From IMG/VR virus record IMGVR_UViG_3300042992_000089: 64,000 bases of DNA; one strand, given 5' to 3'. This DNA is from a virus (taxonomy: Duplodnaviria; Heunggongvirae; Uroviricota; Caudoviricetes). The notes under the pieces were generated by a model. It ran no database searches, was not told the origin of the DNA, and was given only the letters and a program-made list of their open reading frames with translations. Shown here piece after piece: positions 18,036 through 26,690 of the stretch. Position 1 is the stretch's first letter. Each line of letters opens with the position of its first letter. Both the position numbers and the translations under genes were made by a program.

Positions 18036-19052
18036 ATGAAGGATCTTAAATTTATCTGTGCACAACCAGATGATGTCTACTACACATGGCAAGTACATCT
18101 ATGGTTGGAAAGCTTGAAGAAGCTTGGACACTCAGACAAGGCAATTGTTTTAGTGTATACACCTAGTTTTAGAGAATACAATGGCAAATGGGAGAAGATC
18201 ATGGAACTGTATCCTGAAGCAAAGTTTGCTTTCTACAAGGATTCAGGAGACGTAAGTCAGTATTTAGGAGTTTATATTCCTATTCTACGTCCTTACTGCT
18301 TAATGAGATATTTCCAGGATAATCCTGATATGGTTACCAAAGCAGTGTTTTACTGTGATTGTGACGTAATCTTTACAGATAAATTTGATGTTGACAAGTT
18401 TAAAGATGATGATATAAACTATCTATCTGATACAAACAGTTACATCAATGCTTCATATTTTGATAGTAAATTAAAAGATGTCTTATTTGATAAGGTGGAA
18501 GAGTACCAAACTAGAGATGTCTTAGCTGAGCTTACAAGCTTAGTGGGTATAACAAGAGAGATAGCTGAAGCTAACAATGATCACTCAGGAGGAGCTCAGT
18601 ATTTCTTAAAGAACATAGACTCTAACTTCTGGAAGAAGGTGATGAATGACTGTATATTAATACGTGTCTACCTTCAGAATATAAACAAAGAGTTCTTTAA
18701 AGATGAGAACACAGGGTTCCAAAGCTGGTGTGCAGATATGTGGGCTGTGTTATGGAACATTTGGCTTAGAGAACAAGAAGCAAAGAACATTCCTGAGATG
18801 GAATTCTGTTGGTCTTCAGATCCTATAGAGAAGCTTGATAGAACAACAATATTACATAACGCAGGTATTACAGGACAGAACACAATGGGATACCCTGCTT
18901 TCTATAAAGGAGCATATCACACTGGTAAAGATCCTTTTCTAGATACACACATACTAAAAGTGCTTAGTGATGAGACTACTAAAAAACATGCTAATCATTA
19001 CTACACTCAACAACTAATAGAAATAAAAAACAAATATAATATAAATTATTAA
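18036..19052 (+). CDS. Hypothetical protein (possible nucleotide-sugar transferase fold, weak)
   Basis: It is 338 aa with FYCDCDVIF, a DxD-like motif. I see no firm family match. Confidence 0.45.
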   Translation: MKDLKFICAQPDDVYYTWQVHLWLESLKKLGHSDKAIVLVYTPSFREYNGKWEKIMELYPEAKFAFYKDSGDVSQYLGVYIPILRPYCLMRYFQDNPDMVTKAVFYCDCDVIFTDKFDVDKFKDDDINYLSDTNSYINASYFDSKLKDVLFDKVEEYQTRDVLAELTSLVGITREIAEANNDHSGGAQYFLKNIDSNFWKKVMNDCILIRVYLQNINKEFFKDENTGFQSWCADMWAVLWNIWLREQEAKNIPEMEFCWSSDPIEKLDRTTILHNAGITGQNTMGYPAFYKGAYHTGKDPFLDTHILKVLSDETTKKHANHYYTQQLIEIKNKYNINY

Positions 19053-19054
19053 TT

Positions 19055-19294
19055 ATGGCCCAGAATACTAATCGCCCTCTCAAAGCCTATGTACGCTTTG
19101 ATGGTACTGGAAGAATCGTTCCAAGTAGCCTAATTCTAAGAAGAAAGAAACCAAAAGTGGGTAAGTGGGTAGAGATCCCAGCTTATGAATGCTGCAATTA
19201 CGTTCCTACCACTACCACTAGTACAAGTAGTACTACAACAACTACTACTACAGCTACTCCTACAACAACAACAACTACAACTGAACCTCGTTAA
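19055..19294 (+). CDS. Small protein with a conserved core and a poly-Thr/Ser tail (paralog A)
   Basis: It reads LKAYVRFDGTGRIVPSSLILRRKKPKVGKWVEIPAYECCN followed by TTTTSTSSTTTTTTTATPTTTTTTTEPR. Confidence 0.55.
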   Translation: MAQNTNRPLKAYVRFDGTGRIVPSSLILRRKKPKVGKWVEIPAYECCNYVPTTTTSTSSTTTTTTTATPTTTTTTTEPR

Positions 19295-19306
19295 AATTAA
19301 ATAAAC

Positions 19307-19552
19307 ATGGCAAATAGCAATAATAGATTAAAAGCATATGTACGTTACGATGGTACAGGACGTGTCATAGCAGGTAGTTTGATCTTACAAAGATTCAAAC
19401 CAAAGGTTGGTAACTGGCAAGAGATAGATGCAAATGAGTGTTGTAATCCTCCTACTACAACTACAACATCTACTAGTAGCACAAGTACAACTACTACTAC
19501 TACTAGCACTTCTACTAGCACAACTACCACAACAACAACTAGTCCTGGATAA
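19307..19552 (+). CDS. Small protein with a conserved core and a poly-Thr/Ser tail (paralog B)
   Basis: It reads LKAYVRYDGTGRVIAGSLILQRFKPKVGNWQEIDANECCN followed by a 40-aa T/S tail ending SPG. It is a tandem duplicate of the previous gene. Confidence 0.55.
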   Translation: MANSNNRLKAYVRYDGTGRVIAGSLILQRFKPKVGNWQEIDANECCNPPTTTTTSTSSTSTTTTTTSTSTSTTTTTTTSPG

Positions 19553-19566
19553 TAAAACCAAACAAC

Positions 19567-19971
19567 ATGGCAAAATCATTATTCCCTGAAGAGATGATGA
19601 AATCAGGGGAATTAAACTTGGAAACAATAGCTGGGAAGCTTACATATTTCCATGAGCAACTACACCTATTACATTGGCAGACAAAAAGTTATGCTGAGCA
19701 CCAAGCTTTAGGAGGATTGTATGATTATGTACATGACTTTAAAGATGGTGTGATAGAGAAGCTTATGGGTTATACAGGTAAACGTCCTGGTGTATATAAA
19801 ATAGAAGCATTGAGCGGTGCAGACTCTAATTCAGTTGTCACAGCACTAATGGACTTCTCTAGTAACTTAAAGAGATATGCTGAATCAAACAGCTATCACG
19901 ATATAGCCAATTTAGCTGATGCCCTAAGTGGTGAAGCAGCAAAAACTAAATACTTATTAACCTTGTCTTAA
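19567..19971 (+). CDS. Hypothetical protein
   Basis: This is an ATG ORF whose stop overlaps the next ATG (TAATG). Confidence 0.5.
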   Translation: MAKSLFPEEMMKSGELNLETIAGKLTYFHEQLHLLHWQTKSYAEHQALGGLYDYVHDFKDGVIEKLMGYTGKRPGVYKIEALSGADSNSVVTALMDFSSNLKRYAESNSYHDIANLADALSGEAAKTKYLLTLS

Positions 19972-20264
19972 TGCAAATTAACAAGAAATTTTTTCCTCAG
20001 GTGATGCAAGATAATGAACTTGCTTATTTTGCACACCTTGAGGGAATTATATCCTCAGTTGATGAACTATCTACGTTAGAGATTACTAAAAATCCTAATT
20101 CGTATCACTTTAGATTGGCACCTTCAGTACCCATGTACAATGAAATGTTGCTAGAAGAAATCTTAAAGTTTCATAACATGTTCAAGATTAGACTGAATCT
20201 GTCTAAGAGTATTAAAAGTTCAGCAACTATAACGTTTGAAATAAATTTGGAAGATACGCAATAA
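19971..20264 (+). CDS. Hypothetical protein
   Basis: This is an ORF in an operon-like arrangement. Confidence 0.45.
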   Translation: MQINKKFFPQVMQDNELAYFAHLEGIISSVDELSTLEITKNPNSYHFRLAPSVPMYNEMLLEEILKFHNMFKIRLNLSKSIKSSATITFEINLEDTQ

Positions 20265-20301
20265 ATGCATATCTTTGTGACTAAACCAAAAATATAATTA
20301 T

Positions 20302-20568
20302 ATGGCAGAGATTATTGATTTACAACAACAACAAGGTCCTAAGTTTGATCCAAACAAGAAGTATACGTGGAATATGGATGCAAAGTTTGTATTAGATGGT
20401 GGTGATTTTGGAATGTTATTAAACGCAATGCGTGCAGTTATTAATACAAAGGAAGCACAAACTATTTTATTAGCTAAACAAGCAGGAGATGTTCTTGAAG
20501 AGACATTGGCTGCTGGAGTTGAATCTGGTTTAGTAGTAGAGGTTCCAGAAAATAAATCTAGTTTATAA
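20302..20568 (+). CDS. Hypothetical protein
   Basis: This is an ORF immediately 5' of the K-rich array. Confidence 0.45.
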   Translation: MAEIIDLQQQQGPKFDPNKKYTWNMDAKFVLDGGDFGMLLNAMRAVINTKEAQTILLAKQAGDVLEETLAAGVESGLVVEVPENKSSL

Positions 20569-21038
20569 TGGCAACAATTAAGAAAGCTCAAGCTGGTATT
20601 AAGAAATCAGCTTCTAAAATGGTACCAGGTGAAATGACTGGTAAAATGTACAAGAAGTCTGAAATAGATGAGATTGGCAGAAAGCAAGCTAAAGAGCTAG
20701 ACAAATCTGGTGTGTTTGGTAAAGCTGCTATGGCTAAGAAGAAAGCTTCAGCTAAGACAAATAATCCTTTGAAAGAAATGATTTCTAACTTCTCAGAAGC
20801 TGAAATAAAGAAAGCAAAAGCAGCTACTAAAAAACCTAAATTAACTGCTGCAAAAGTTTCTAAAGCTATAGATGAAGTTGCAGGTATGAAAAATGGTGGT
20901 ATGCTAAAGCGTGCTGATGGTTCATATTCTAAAAGAGGACTATGGGATAACATTAGAGCTAACAAAGGGTCTGGAAAGAAGCCTACAGCTGCTATGTTAA
21001 AACAAGAAAAGAAAATTAAAGCTAAAACTAAAAAATAA
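20568..21038 (+). CDS. Lysine/alanine-rich disordered basic protein (H1-like), array member 1
   Basis: It begins MATIKKAQAGIKK and contains KKAKAATKKPKLTAAKVSKA, GMKNGGMLK and KKIKAKTKK. It has low complexity and its ATG overlaps the upstream stop. Confidence 0.6.
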   Translation: MATIKKAQAGIKKSASKMVPGEMTGKMYKKSEIDEIGRKQAKELDKSGVFGKAAMAKKKASAKTNNPLKEMISNFSEAEIKKAKAATKKPKLTAAKVSKAIDEVAGMKNGGMLKRADGSYSKRGLWDNIRANKGSGKKPTAAMLKQEKKIKAKTKK

Positions 21039-21373
21039 TGGCAAAGGTAAAAAAAGACAGAATGGGTAGTCTTTCAGGAATGAAAGCTTCTGATAAGCGT
21101 GTAGGTCCTGTAGATCCTAATGGTGCTTGGACTAAAGTTCAAGAGGCTACTCTAGCTGATGCTAGAATGAAACCTACATTAAAAAAAGATAAAGAACTTG
21201 GTGCTACTAGTATGGGACGTTCTGAAAAGTCTTATGGTCTTGATAAGAAGACTCCAGCTTACAAAGAAATGAATCCAGCTACATTCAGAAAAGCAGCGTT
21301 AAAGCGTGAATCTGAATTGATAGAAAAGCGTAGTGGTGAAATGGCTCCTAAGTTAAAATCTAAAAAGAAATAA
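21038..21373 (+). CDS. Lysine-rich basic protein, array member 2
   Basis: It begins MAKVKKDRMGS, ends KLKSKKK, and uses a TAATG junction. Confidence 0.6.
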   Translation: MAKVKKDRMGSLSGMKASDKRVGPVDPNGAWTKVQEATLADARMKPTLKKDKELGATSMGRSEKSYGLDKKTPAYKEMNPATFRKAALKRESELIEKRSGEMAPKLKSKKK

Positions 21374-21375
21374 TC

Positions 21376-21825
21376 ATGGCAACAGCTAAAAAGGTTAAAA
21401 AGGCTCAAACTGGAATGTCTGTAGGGACACGTACAACTATGGATAGTAAAACTGGTACCTATGATAAACTTGATAGATTTAAAACTTCTCAAGGAGATAG
21501 ATATTATAGATCTACTGGTAAAGATTTGTATAATTTAGAAAAACAGAATAGTAGAAAAGCTATGATGAATAGTGCTGATTCTGTTAGATATAACACTCTT
21601 ACACCAGAAGAAAAAAAATATATAGCTAGTCAAGAAAATCCTAAAGCTAAAGATGGCAAATGGATTCAAAAAGCTATTAAGAAGCCAGGAGCTTTACGTG
21701 CTCAACTTGGTGCTAAACCAGGTAAACCTATCCCTGCTGCTAAGCTTGCTAAGGCTGCCAAAGCAAAAGGTAAATTAGGTCAACGTGCTCGTTTAGCAAT
21801 GACATTAAAGAAGATGAAAAAATAA
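21376..21825 (+). CDS. Lysine/alanine-rich basic protein, array member 3
   Basis: It begins MATAKKVKKAQTG and its C-terminus KPGKPIPAAKLAKAAKAKGKLGQRARLAMTLKKMKK resembles a histone H1 tail. Confidence 0.6.
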   Translation: MATAKKVKKAQTGMSVGTRTTMDSKTGTYDKLDRFKTSQGDRYYRSTGKDLYNLEKQNSRKAMMNSADSVRYNTLTPEEKKYIASQENPKAKDGKWIQKAIKKPGALRAQLGAKPGKPIPAAKLAKAAKAKGKLGQRARLAMTLKKMKK

Positions 21826-22337
21826 TGGCTAGAATACCTAAGACAAAAGTTTATAACCCACAGAAAGCAGAAGCTTATGTAGGTAAAAGAGTTCTTAGAA
21901 ATGGAGATACACTTCCAGCTATCAAAGGTGCTATAACACCTGTTCCTAATGGTCATCTAATTAAAAAAGATGGTACATCATTAAAGAATGGTGGTAAGAT
22001 AAAATGTTGGACAGGGTATGTTAAGAAGGGTACAAAGAAAAAAGGTGGTAGAATAGTTAACAACTGTGTTAAAAAAACCATGGAAGATGGAGGGAAGGTA
22101 AAAGTAATGGCTGGTGGAGAGAAGCATTTAGTATATAAAAAGACTAGTCCTACAGGAGTTGGAAAAGGTAAGAAGGGTAACATTATGGTTAACCATCCTA
22201 CCAAAGACAAAGGCAAGTGGGATACAATAGATCTTACAAAGATTGGAAGAGCCAAAACTGTTAAACAGGGTGTAGCTTCTACAAAGAAATGGCACAAAGA
22301 TAATCCTGATTACAAATATAAAGGTAAAAAGAAATAG
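21825..22337 (+). CDS. Lysine/glycine-rich basic protein, array member 4
   Basis: It has repeated KNGGK / KKGG / EDGGK / AGGEK / KGKKG motifs and ends YKYKGKKK. Confidence 0.6.
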   Translation: MARIPKTKVYNPQKAEAYVGKRVLRNGDTLPAIKGAITPVPNGHLIKKDGTSLKNGGKIKCWTGYVKKGTKKKGGRIVNNCVKKTMEDGGKVKVMAGGEKHLVYKKTSPTGVGKGKKGNIMVNHPTKDKGKWDTIDLTKIGRAKTVKQGVASTKKWHKDNPDYKYKGKKK

Positions 22338-22339
22338 CT

Positions 22340-22729
22340 ATGGCTACAATTAAAAAAGCTTCTCTAAAACCAGTAGATAGTTCTAAGAAACCTGGTTTGG
22401 CTAAACTCCCTAAGGAAGTTAGAAATAAAATGGGCTACCAAAAAAGTGGTGGTTCTACACCAGCATGGCAACGCAAAGAAGGAAAGAATCCTGAAGGTGG
22501 ATTGAATGCTAAAGGTGTAGCTTCTTATAGAAGAGCTAACCCAGGCAGCAAACTAAAGACAGCTGTTACAACTAAACCATCAAAGCTTAAAGCTGGTTCT
22601 AAAGCAGCAAGTAGACGTAAGTCTTTCTGTTCTAGAATGTCAGGTATGAAAAAGAAACTTACATCTGCTAAGACAGCTAATGATCCTAATAGCAGAATTA
22701 ATAAATCACTTCGTAAATGGAATTGTTAA
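22340..22729 (+). CDS. Lysine-rich basic protein, array member 5
   Basis: It begins MATIKKASLKP and is K/S/A/G rich. Confidence 0.6.
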   Translation: MATIKKASLKPVDSSKKPGLAKLPKEVRNKMGYQKSGGSTPAWQRKEGKNPEGGLNAKGVASYRRANPGSKLKTAVTTKPSKLKAGSKAASRRKSFCSRMSGMKKKLTSAKTANDPNSRINKSLRKWNC

Positions 22730-22747
22730 AATATTAAATTATAAAAA

Positions 22748-23215
22748 ATGAAGAAAGCTCAAAATGGAATTGCAAAGATGAAAAAAGCTGAAAAAACAGC
22801 GTTTGGAATGTTATCAGTAAAAAAAGGTATAGATAATAATCCTAATCCTACATTTGCAGATAAGATTGCAGGTGCTAAGAAAAAAGCTATGTCTGGTATG
22901 GAAATGATGAAAATGGGTGGTAAAGCTGCTAAGCAAGCTGCAATAGCAATCGCTATGAAGAAAGCTGGTAAAACTCCTAAGAAGAAAATGCAATATGGTG
23001 GTGAAGCTGCTTCTATGGTACCTAAGAAGATGATGAAAAATGGTGGTATATTATCTGCTCCTAAGAAAGATGGCTTATCTATGCAATTAGGTTCTTACAA
23101 AGATATAATTGGTAAAAACTACAAAGGTAAAAATACAAAAGCTGTAGGTTTAACTAAAGCTAAGTATGGCAAATCTGTGATGAAGATGGGTGGTAAGTGT
23201 AAAAATGGTTGCTAA
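22748..23215 (+). CDS. Lysine/methionine-rich basic protein, array member 6
   Basis: It contains MKKAQNGIAKMKKAEK and three MK(M/N)GGK motifs (MMKMGGKAAK, MMKNGGIL, MKMGGKCKNGC). Confidence 0.6.
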   Translation: MKKAQNGIAKMKKAEKTAFGMLSVKKGIDNNPNPTFADKIAGAKKKAMSGMEMMKMGGKAAKQAAIAIAMKKAGKTPKKKMQYGGEAASMVPKKMMKNGGILSAPKKDGLSMQLGSYKDIIGKNYKGKNTKAVGLTKAKYGKSVMKMGGKCKNGC

Positions 23216-23418
23216 TGAAATCTAAAGTAAGCGTTAAACAAGCAAAGTCAGTAAAGCCAATGACTGCAGGTAAAGCTAAAGGATCAGGTAAACCAAGACC
23301 TGCACCTAAGGTGGCTCCTCCTAATCCAATTAATGGTAATTATATGAAGGAAGCTGATACAAAGCTTAGATTGAGAAGTAAAATGTGGCCTCTTAAACAA
23401 AAGAGACTATCAAAATAA
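23215..23418 (+). CDS. Small lysine/proline-rich basic protein, array member 7
   Basis: An ATG at 23215 (MKSKVSVKQAK...) overlaps the upstream TAA. The track start at 23209 is a TTG. Confidence 0.5.
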   Translation: MKSKVSVKQAKSVKPMTAGKAKGSGKPRPAPKVAPPNPINGNYMKEADTKLRLRSKMWPLKQKRLSK

Positions 23419-23423
23419 AAGAA

Positions 23424-23450
23424 AAGCCCCCAGAAATGGAGGCTTTTTTT
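23424..23450. terminator. Rho-independent terminator between convergent genes
   Basis: AAGCCCCCAGAAATGGAGGCTT forms a 7-bp GC-rich stem with one mismatch, followed by TTTTTTT. It lies 6 nt after the last K-rich gene and 2 nt before the stop of the convergent GT2 gene. Confidence 0.7.
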
Positions 23451-23451
23451 A

Positions 23452-24087
23452 TTAGTCTATTATATCATTTGTACCAAACATTGGTACATGCATAATTCTA
23501 TAAGATAAATTGGTACTTTTTGATTTTTCTCCTTTCCCTTCTTTTGACATACCATATATAAATTCCCAGTCGTGTCCATATATTGGTAAATGTTCTGGTA
23601 ATTTTTTGGCTAGTTCTGTTGTTAATATTATTTCACTATGACCTATTTCACAATTAGCAAATTTTGACACTCTAGCTTTATTAATAGGATCTATGAAGGA
23701 GTCAAAGAACATATAATCTAAATTGGTATTTTCTATTTCTAGGTAATTACTAAAATGACTACTAAGTATAATATCATCATTTGCATAGAATATAAAATAT
23801 TTACCTGTAGCATTTTGTATTGCATAGTTAATTAATTTATATCCACATCCTCCTCCATTTTCTTTAGCATTAAAGAAATGAATAATGTTTCCTTTTTTTT
23901 CTTGTTCCTCTTTAATAGATTGTAAATATCCACTATCAATAAGTTTTTGAAAATCTGGACAACAGTCTCCCATTATAAAGGCTTCCCAATTATTAGTATC
24001 TTGGTCTAATATACATTGTATAGATCGTTTGGTTCTCTCAGGTCTACCATAACAAGCCATACTAATTGTTATTCTTGGCTGCATCAT
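23452..24087 (-). CDS. Glycosyltransferase family 2 (GT-A)
   Basis: ISMACYGRPERTKRSIQCILDQD and FYANDDII are GT2-like N-terminal and DxD motifs. Confidence 0.6.
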   Translation of the reverse strand: MMQPRITISMACYGRPERTKRSIQCILDQDTNNWEAFIMGDCCPDFQKLIDSGYLQSIKEEQEKKGNIIHFFNAKENGGGCGYKLINYAIQNATGKYFIFYANDDIILSSHFSNYLEIENTNLDYMFFDSFIDPINKARVSKFANCEIGHSEIILTTELAKKLPEHLPIYGHDWEFIYGMSKEGKGEKSKSTNLSYRIMHVPMFGTNDIID

Positions 24088-24556
24088 TGTTTCCTATGTG
24101 TTTTACAGGCACTCCTGCATATTTTTGATAAGATTCGAGTTTACTTTTTTTAATAACTACACTATTCATGCCAATCATAATTCCTTCTGGTAAGGTTGTT
24201 TTTTGATGAATAGCTGCTCCCATACCAAGGTTCACTTTATTTCCTACAGTACAAAATCCAGCTAATTTAGAACCAGCACTCATAGTTACACTAGACCCAA
24301 GAATACAATCATGAGCTACATAAGCATGTTTCATAAGATAACAATTATTACCAATTACAGTTTGTCTTTCTGCTCCTGAATCAATAGTGACCATTCCAGT
24401 AAGTATAGTACCACTTTTAATTAAAACACCTTTATCTTCATTCTCTTTACCTTTCCATTCAGGTGGCATTCCTATAACACAATAAGGACCTATGTATACA
24501 TCGTCCTCTATTGTAACGTTATTGCCAATAACAGCTGTACTATGTATTGTTTTCAT
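24062..24556 (-). CDS. Hexapeptide-repeat (left-handed beta-helix) acyl/acetyltransferase
   Basis: It has tandem [LIV]-G-x-x-x-x hexapeptide repeats (VIGNNVTIEDDVYIGPYCVIG ... TVGNKVNLGMGAAI). Confidence 0.7.
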   Translation of the reverse strand: MKTIHSTAVIGNNVTIEDDVYIGPYCVIGMPPEWKGKENEDKGVLIKSGTILTGMVTIDSGAERQTVIGNNCYLMKHAYVAHDCILGSSVTMSAGSKLAGFCTVGNKVNLGMGAAIHQKTTLPEGIMIGMNSVVIKKSKLESYQKYAGVPVKHIGNNDAAKNNN

Positions 24557-25295
24557 TACAGAAGTCTTTTAACATTTTAATATAATCCTTTTCCCAATAA
24601 GGAATAAGGTGAATGTTTCCTGTAGGAACTCTTCCCATAGTTCTTTCTCTTTCAATATGAGCACTATGTCTTTGAATAGCATTAAGTTTCCCAGGTTGAT
24701 CATGGCCCTGTCCACTCATGTGATATCCTCTTCCTCCCCACATATAGAACCAGCTAGCTTCTTCTTTAGGTGGTTTGGCAAATAGTCTACCTCCATGGAT
24801 GTGTAGTCTTTCAATGAAAGTCATATCATATCCAGCATTTTCAAGAGGATGTCCTCCTATTGCTTTCCAAGCTGATTTTCTAAAGACAATACCAGAGTTA
24901 CCTATCCAACCAACATTCTCAATACCTGTGACATGACATAAGACTCCTGTCTCCCAATGAAGAATGTTAACTTCTTCTGTCATATACTTAGCTACGTTCT
25001 TTAAATGATTTGGTAGGGCTACATCATCATCGTCCCATTGACATATAATTTCTCCTTGACATAGTTCTGTAGCATAGTTTTCCTTCTCTCCTATAGTGAT
25101 AAATGTCTCAGACAAATTAACTATCTTAATTCGAGGATGCTCAAATATAAGAGTTTGTAAAGGGTAGTCATTAACTATGATGAGTTCACATTTATCTGCA
25201 GGATAGTCCTGCTTGAGGAAAGATTCAATGCTCTCCTCAAGCGTAGCCACCCTCCCATAAGTTATACATTTACATGATATAAATGGATATTCCAT
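24540..25295 (-). CDS. Glycosyltransferase family 2 (GT-A)
   Basis: ISCKCITYGRVATLEESIESFLKQDYP and QWDDDDV (a DxD) are GT2 motifs. Confidence 0.65.
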   Translation of the reverse strand: MEYPFISCKCITYGRVATLEESIESFLKQDYPADKCELIIVNDYPLQTLIFEHPRIKIVNLSETFITIGEKENYATELCQGEIICQWDDDDVALPNHLKNVAKYMTEEVNILHWETGVLCHVTGIENVGWIGNSGIVFRKSAWKAIGGHPLENAGYDMTFIERLHIHGGRLFAKPPKEEASWFYMWGGRGYHMSGQGHDQPGKLNAIQRHSAHIERERTMGRVPTGNIHLIPYWEKDYIKMLKDFCNENNT

Positions 25296-25296
25296 A

Positions 25297-25587
25297 TTAC
25301 CAGATTTGAATTACATCAAATGGAGATACCAATATTACACGTTCTTCACCATCGTCAGAGATAGGAACTAGTGTAGCTCTGTTTAAAGCTGCTGGATCTA
25401 CCAACACCCAATCTCCCACCTTAATTTCTGTAACAACAGTGCCCACTTGTAACACTTTTAATTTAGACATCTTATTAAGCAATTCTCTTTGTAATGCTTC
25501 TTTTGTGTTCTCGTCTACAATTAACTTACTTGATTCATCTTCCTTAGGCATTTCTAAGTAGATTCTGTTTCCTAATAACTTTGGCAT
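25297..25587 (-). CDS. GroES-like co-chaperonin (Cpn10 fold) candidate
   Basis: It is 96 aa. LLGNRIYLE, KVGDWVLV and ERVILVSPFDVIQI match the GroES layout (IxxL.DRVLV ... GDxVLF ... ILAI). Confidence 0.45.
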   Translation of the reverse strand: MPKLLGNRIYLEMPKEDESSKLIVDENTKEALQRELLNKMSKLKVLQVGTVVTEIKVGDWVLVDPAALNRATLVPISDDGEERVILVSPFDVIQIW

Positions 25588-25589
25588 GA

Positions 25590-25856
25590 TTATTTGTTTA
25601 AATTGTGAAATCTAGTTACATCTTCACCAGTCAGTGTAATTTCTGTTTGGTAAGTATTACGCTCTCTCTTTTGTCCCTTTACTGCTCTTGTTTTAGGATC
25701 AACATCAGGTACGTTTTCTGAACGCTCGTGTAAGTCATCTAATACAAGGATTACTTTGTTTTCATCTACTTGCATAGATCTAATTACCTTGTTTAAGTTA
25801 AAACTGTCTGTGTAGATCTTTCCATCTACTTCTCTTGTGTAAAAGAATAAACTCAT
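25590..25856 (-). CDS. Hypothetical protein
   Basis: This is an ORF with ATGA overlaps to its neighbours. Confidence 0.45.
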   Translation of the reverse strand: MSLFFYTREVDGKIYTDSFNLNKVIRSMQVDENKVILVLDDLHERSENVPDVDPKTRAVKGQKRERNTYQTEITLTGEDVTRFHNLNK

Positions 25857-26299
25857 TGTATTTTGTTTACTTGGTTATAAAATTGCGTTGTTAAATATTG
25901 TAATTCATATGCAAATGCTTCTTCTGTTTCAGAATGAAGTTCCATACCTGCCCAATACATTTTGTATAATGTAGCATGAAAGAATTCATGTGCTACTACA
26001 CCTTTATCTTCTGCATCAGACAACCATATGATAATAGGTTTGCCTTCCTGAGGACCAAATGTAACAGCTCTTGCATCAAAGTCTTTACCAGTCACAGTGG
26101 AGTCTAAATTATCACGTACATATTGTGCAGCATAAGCTGTATCTTCTGTAACTAAGACTATGACATCCATGTCAAAGGTAGACCCTGTTATAAAGACTGT
26201 TTTAGACTGTGAGAAAAAACCTGGCTTAGGTGTACAAGTTGAGTATAAAGTTACAACTACTATTAGTACAGCAAACATAGCCATTAATAATTTATACAT
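25853..26299 (-). CDS. Membrane-anchored putative zinc metalloprotease-like protein (HExxH)
   Basis: The N-terminal signal/TM is LLMAMFAVLIVVVTLY, and HEFFH is an HExxH motif. Confidence 0.4.
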   Translation of the reverse strand: MYKLLMAMFAVLIVVVTLYSTCTPKPGFFSQSKTVFITGSTFDMDVIVLVTEDTAYAAQYVRDNLDSTVTGKDFDARAVTFGPQEGKPIIIWLSDAEDKGVVAHEFFHATLYKMYWAGMELHSETEEAFAYELQYLTTQFYNQVNKIQ

Positions 26300-26690
26300 T
26301 GTATTTCTGTTTTAATTGTTCACGTCTTTTGTTCACCTCTTCATACCTAGTTGGGTCCATCTCTACTTGGTCATGTTCTTCCCATGTCAAAAGTATGATA
26401 TTTTCTTGATCCAGAGAAGCTTCTGGGTATTTACTTTTAGGTAAAATGTGATGAAAGTATGTTGACAGTGCTTCTGATCCTAGAGACGCTCCACTAACTT
26501 CTGATTTGTGAGGTCTTTTCTTCCAGATTTGTAAGAAGAATGTTTGCATTATAACAATGTTATGCATCTCTTCTTCATACTTCTTGATAGGAGTTTTAAA
26601 TCCTTTACTAGAAGGTAATGGTTTTCTAGGTTTGTGCATAAAACAATACTCATTATCACATTTCTTACCACAGGTTTTGCACGTACTCAT
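26292..26690 (-). CDS. Hypothetical protein with an N-terminal zinc-ribbon-like motif
   Basis: The N-terminus reads CKTCGKKCDNEYCFMH. Confidence 0.45.
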   Translation of the reverse strand: MSTCKTCGKKCDNEYCFMHKPRKPLPSSKGFKTPIKKYEEEMHNIVIMQTFFLQIWKKRPHKSEVSGASLGSEALSTYFHHILPKSKYPEASLDQENIILLTWEEHDQVEMDPTRYEEVNKRREQLKQKYNV

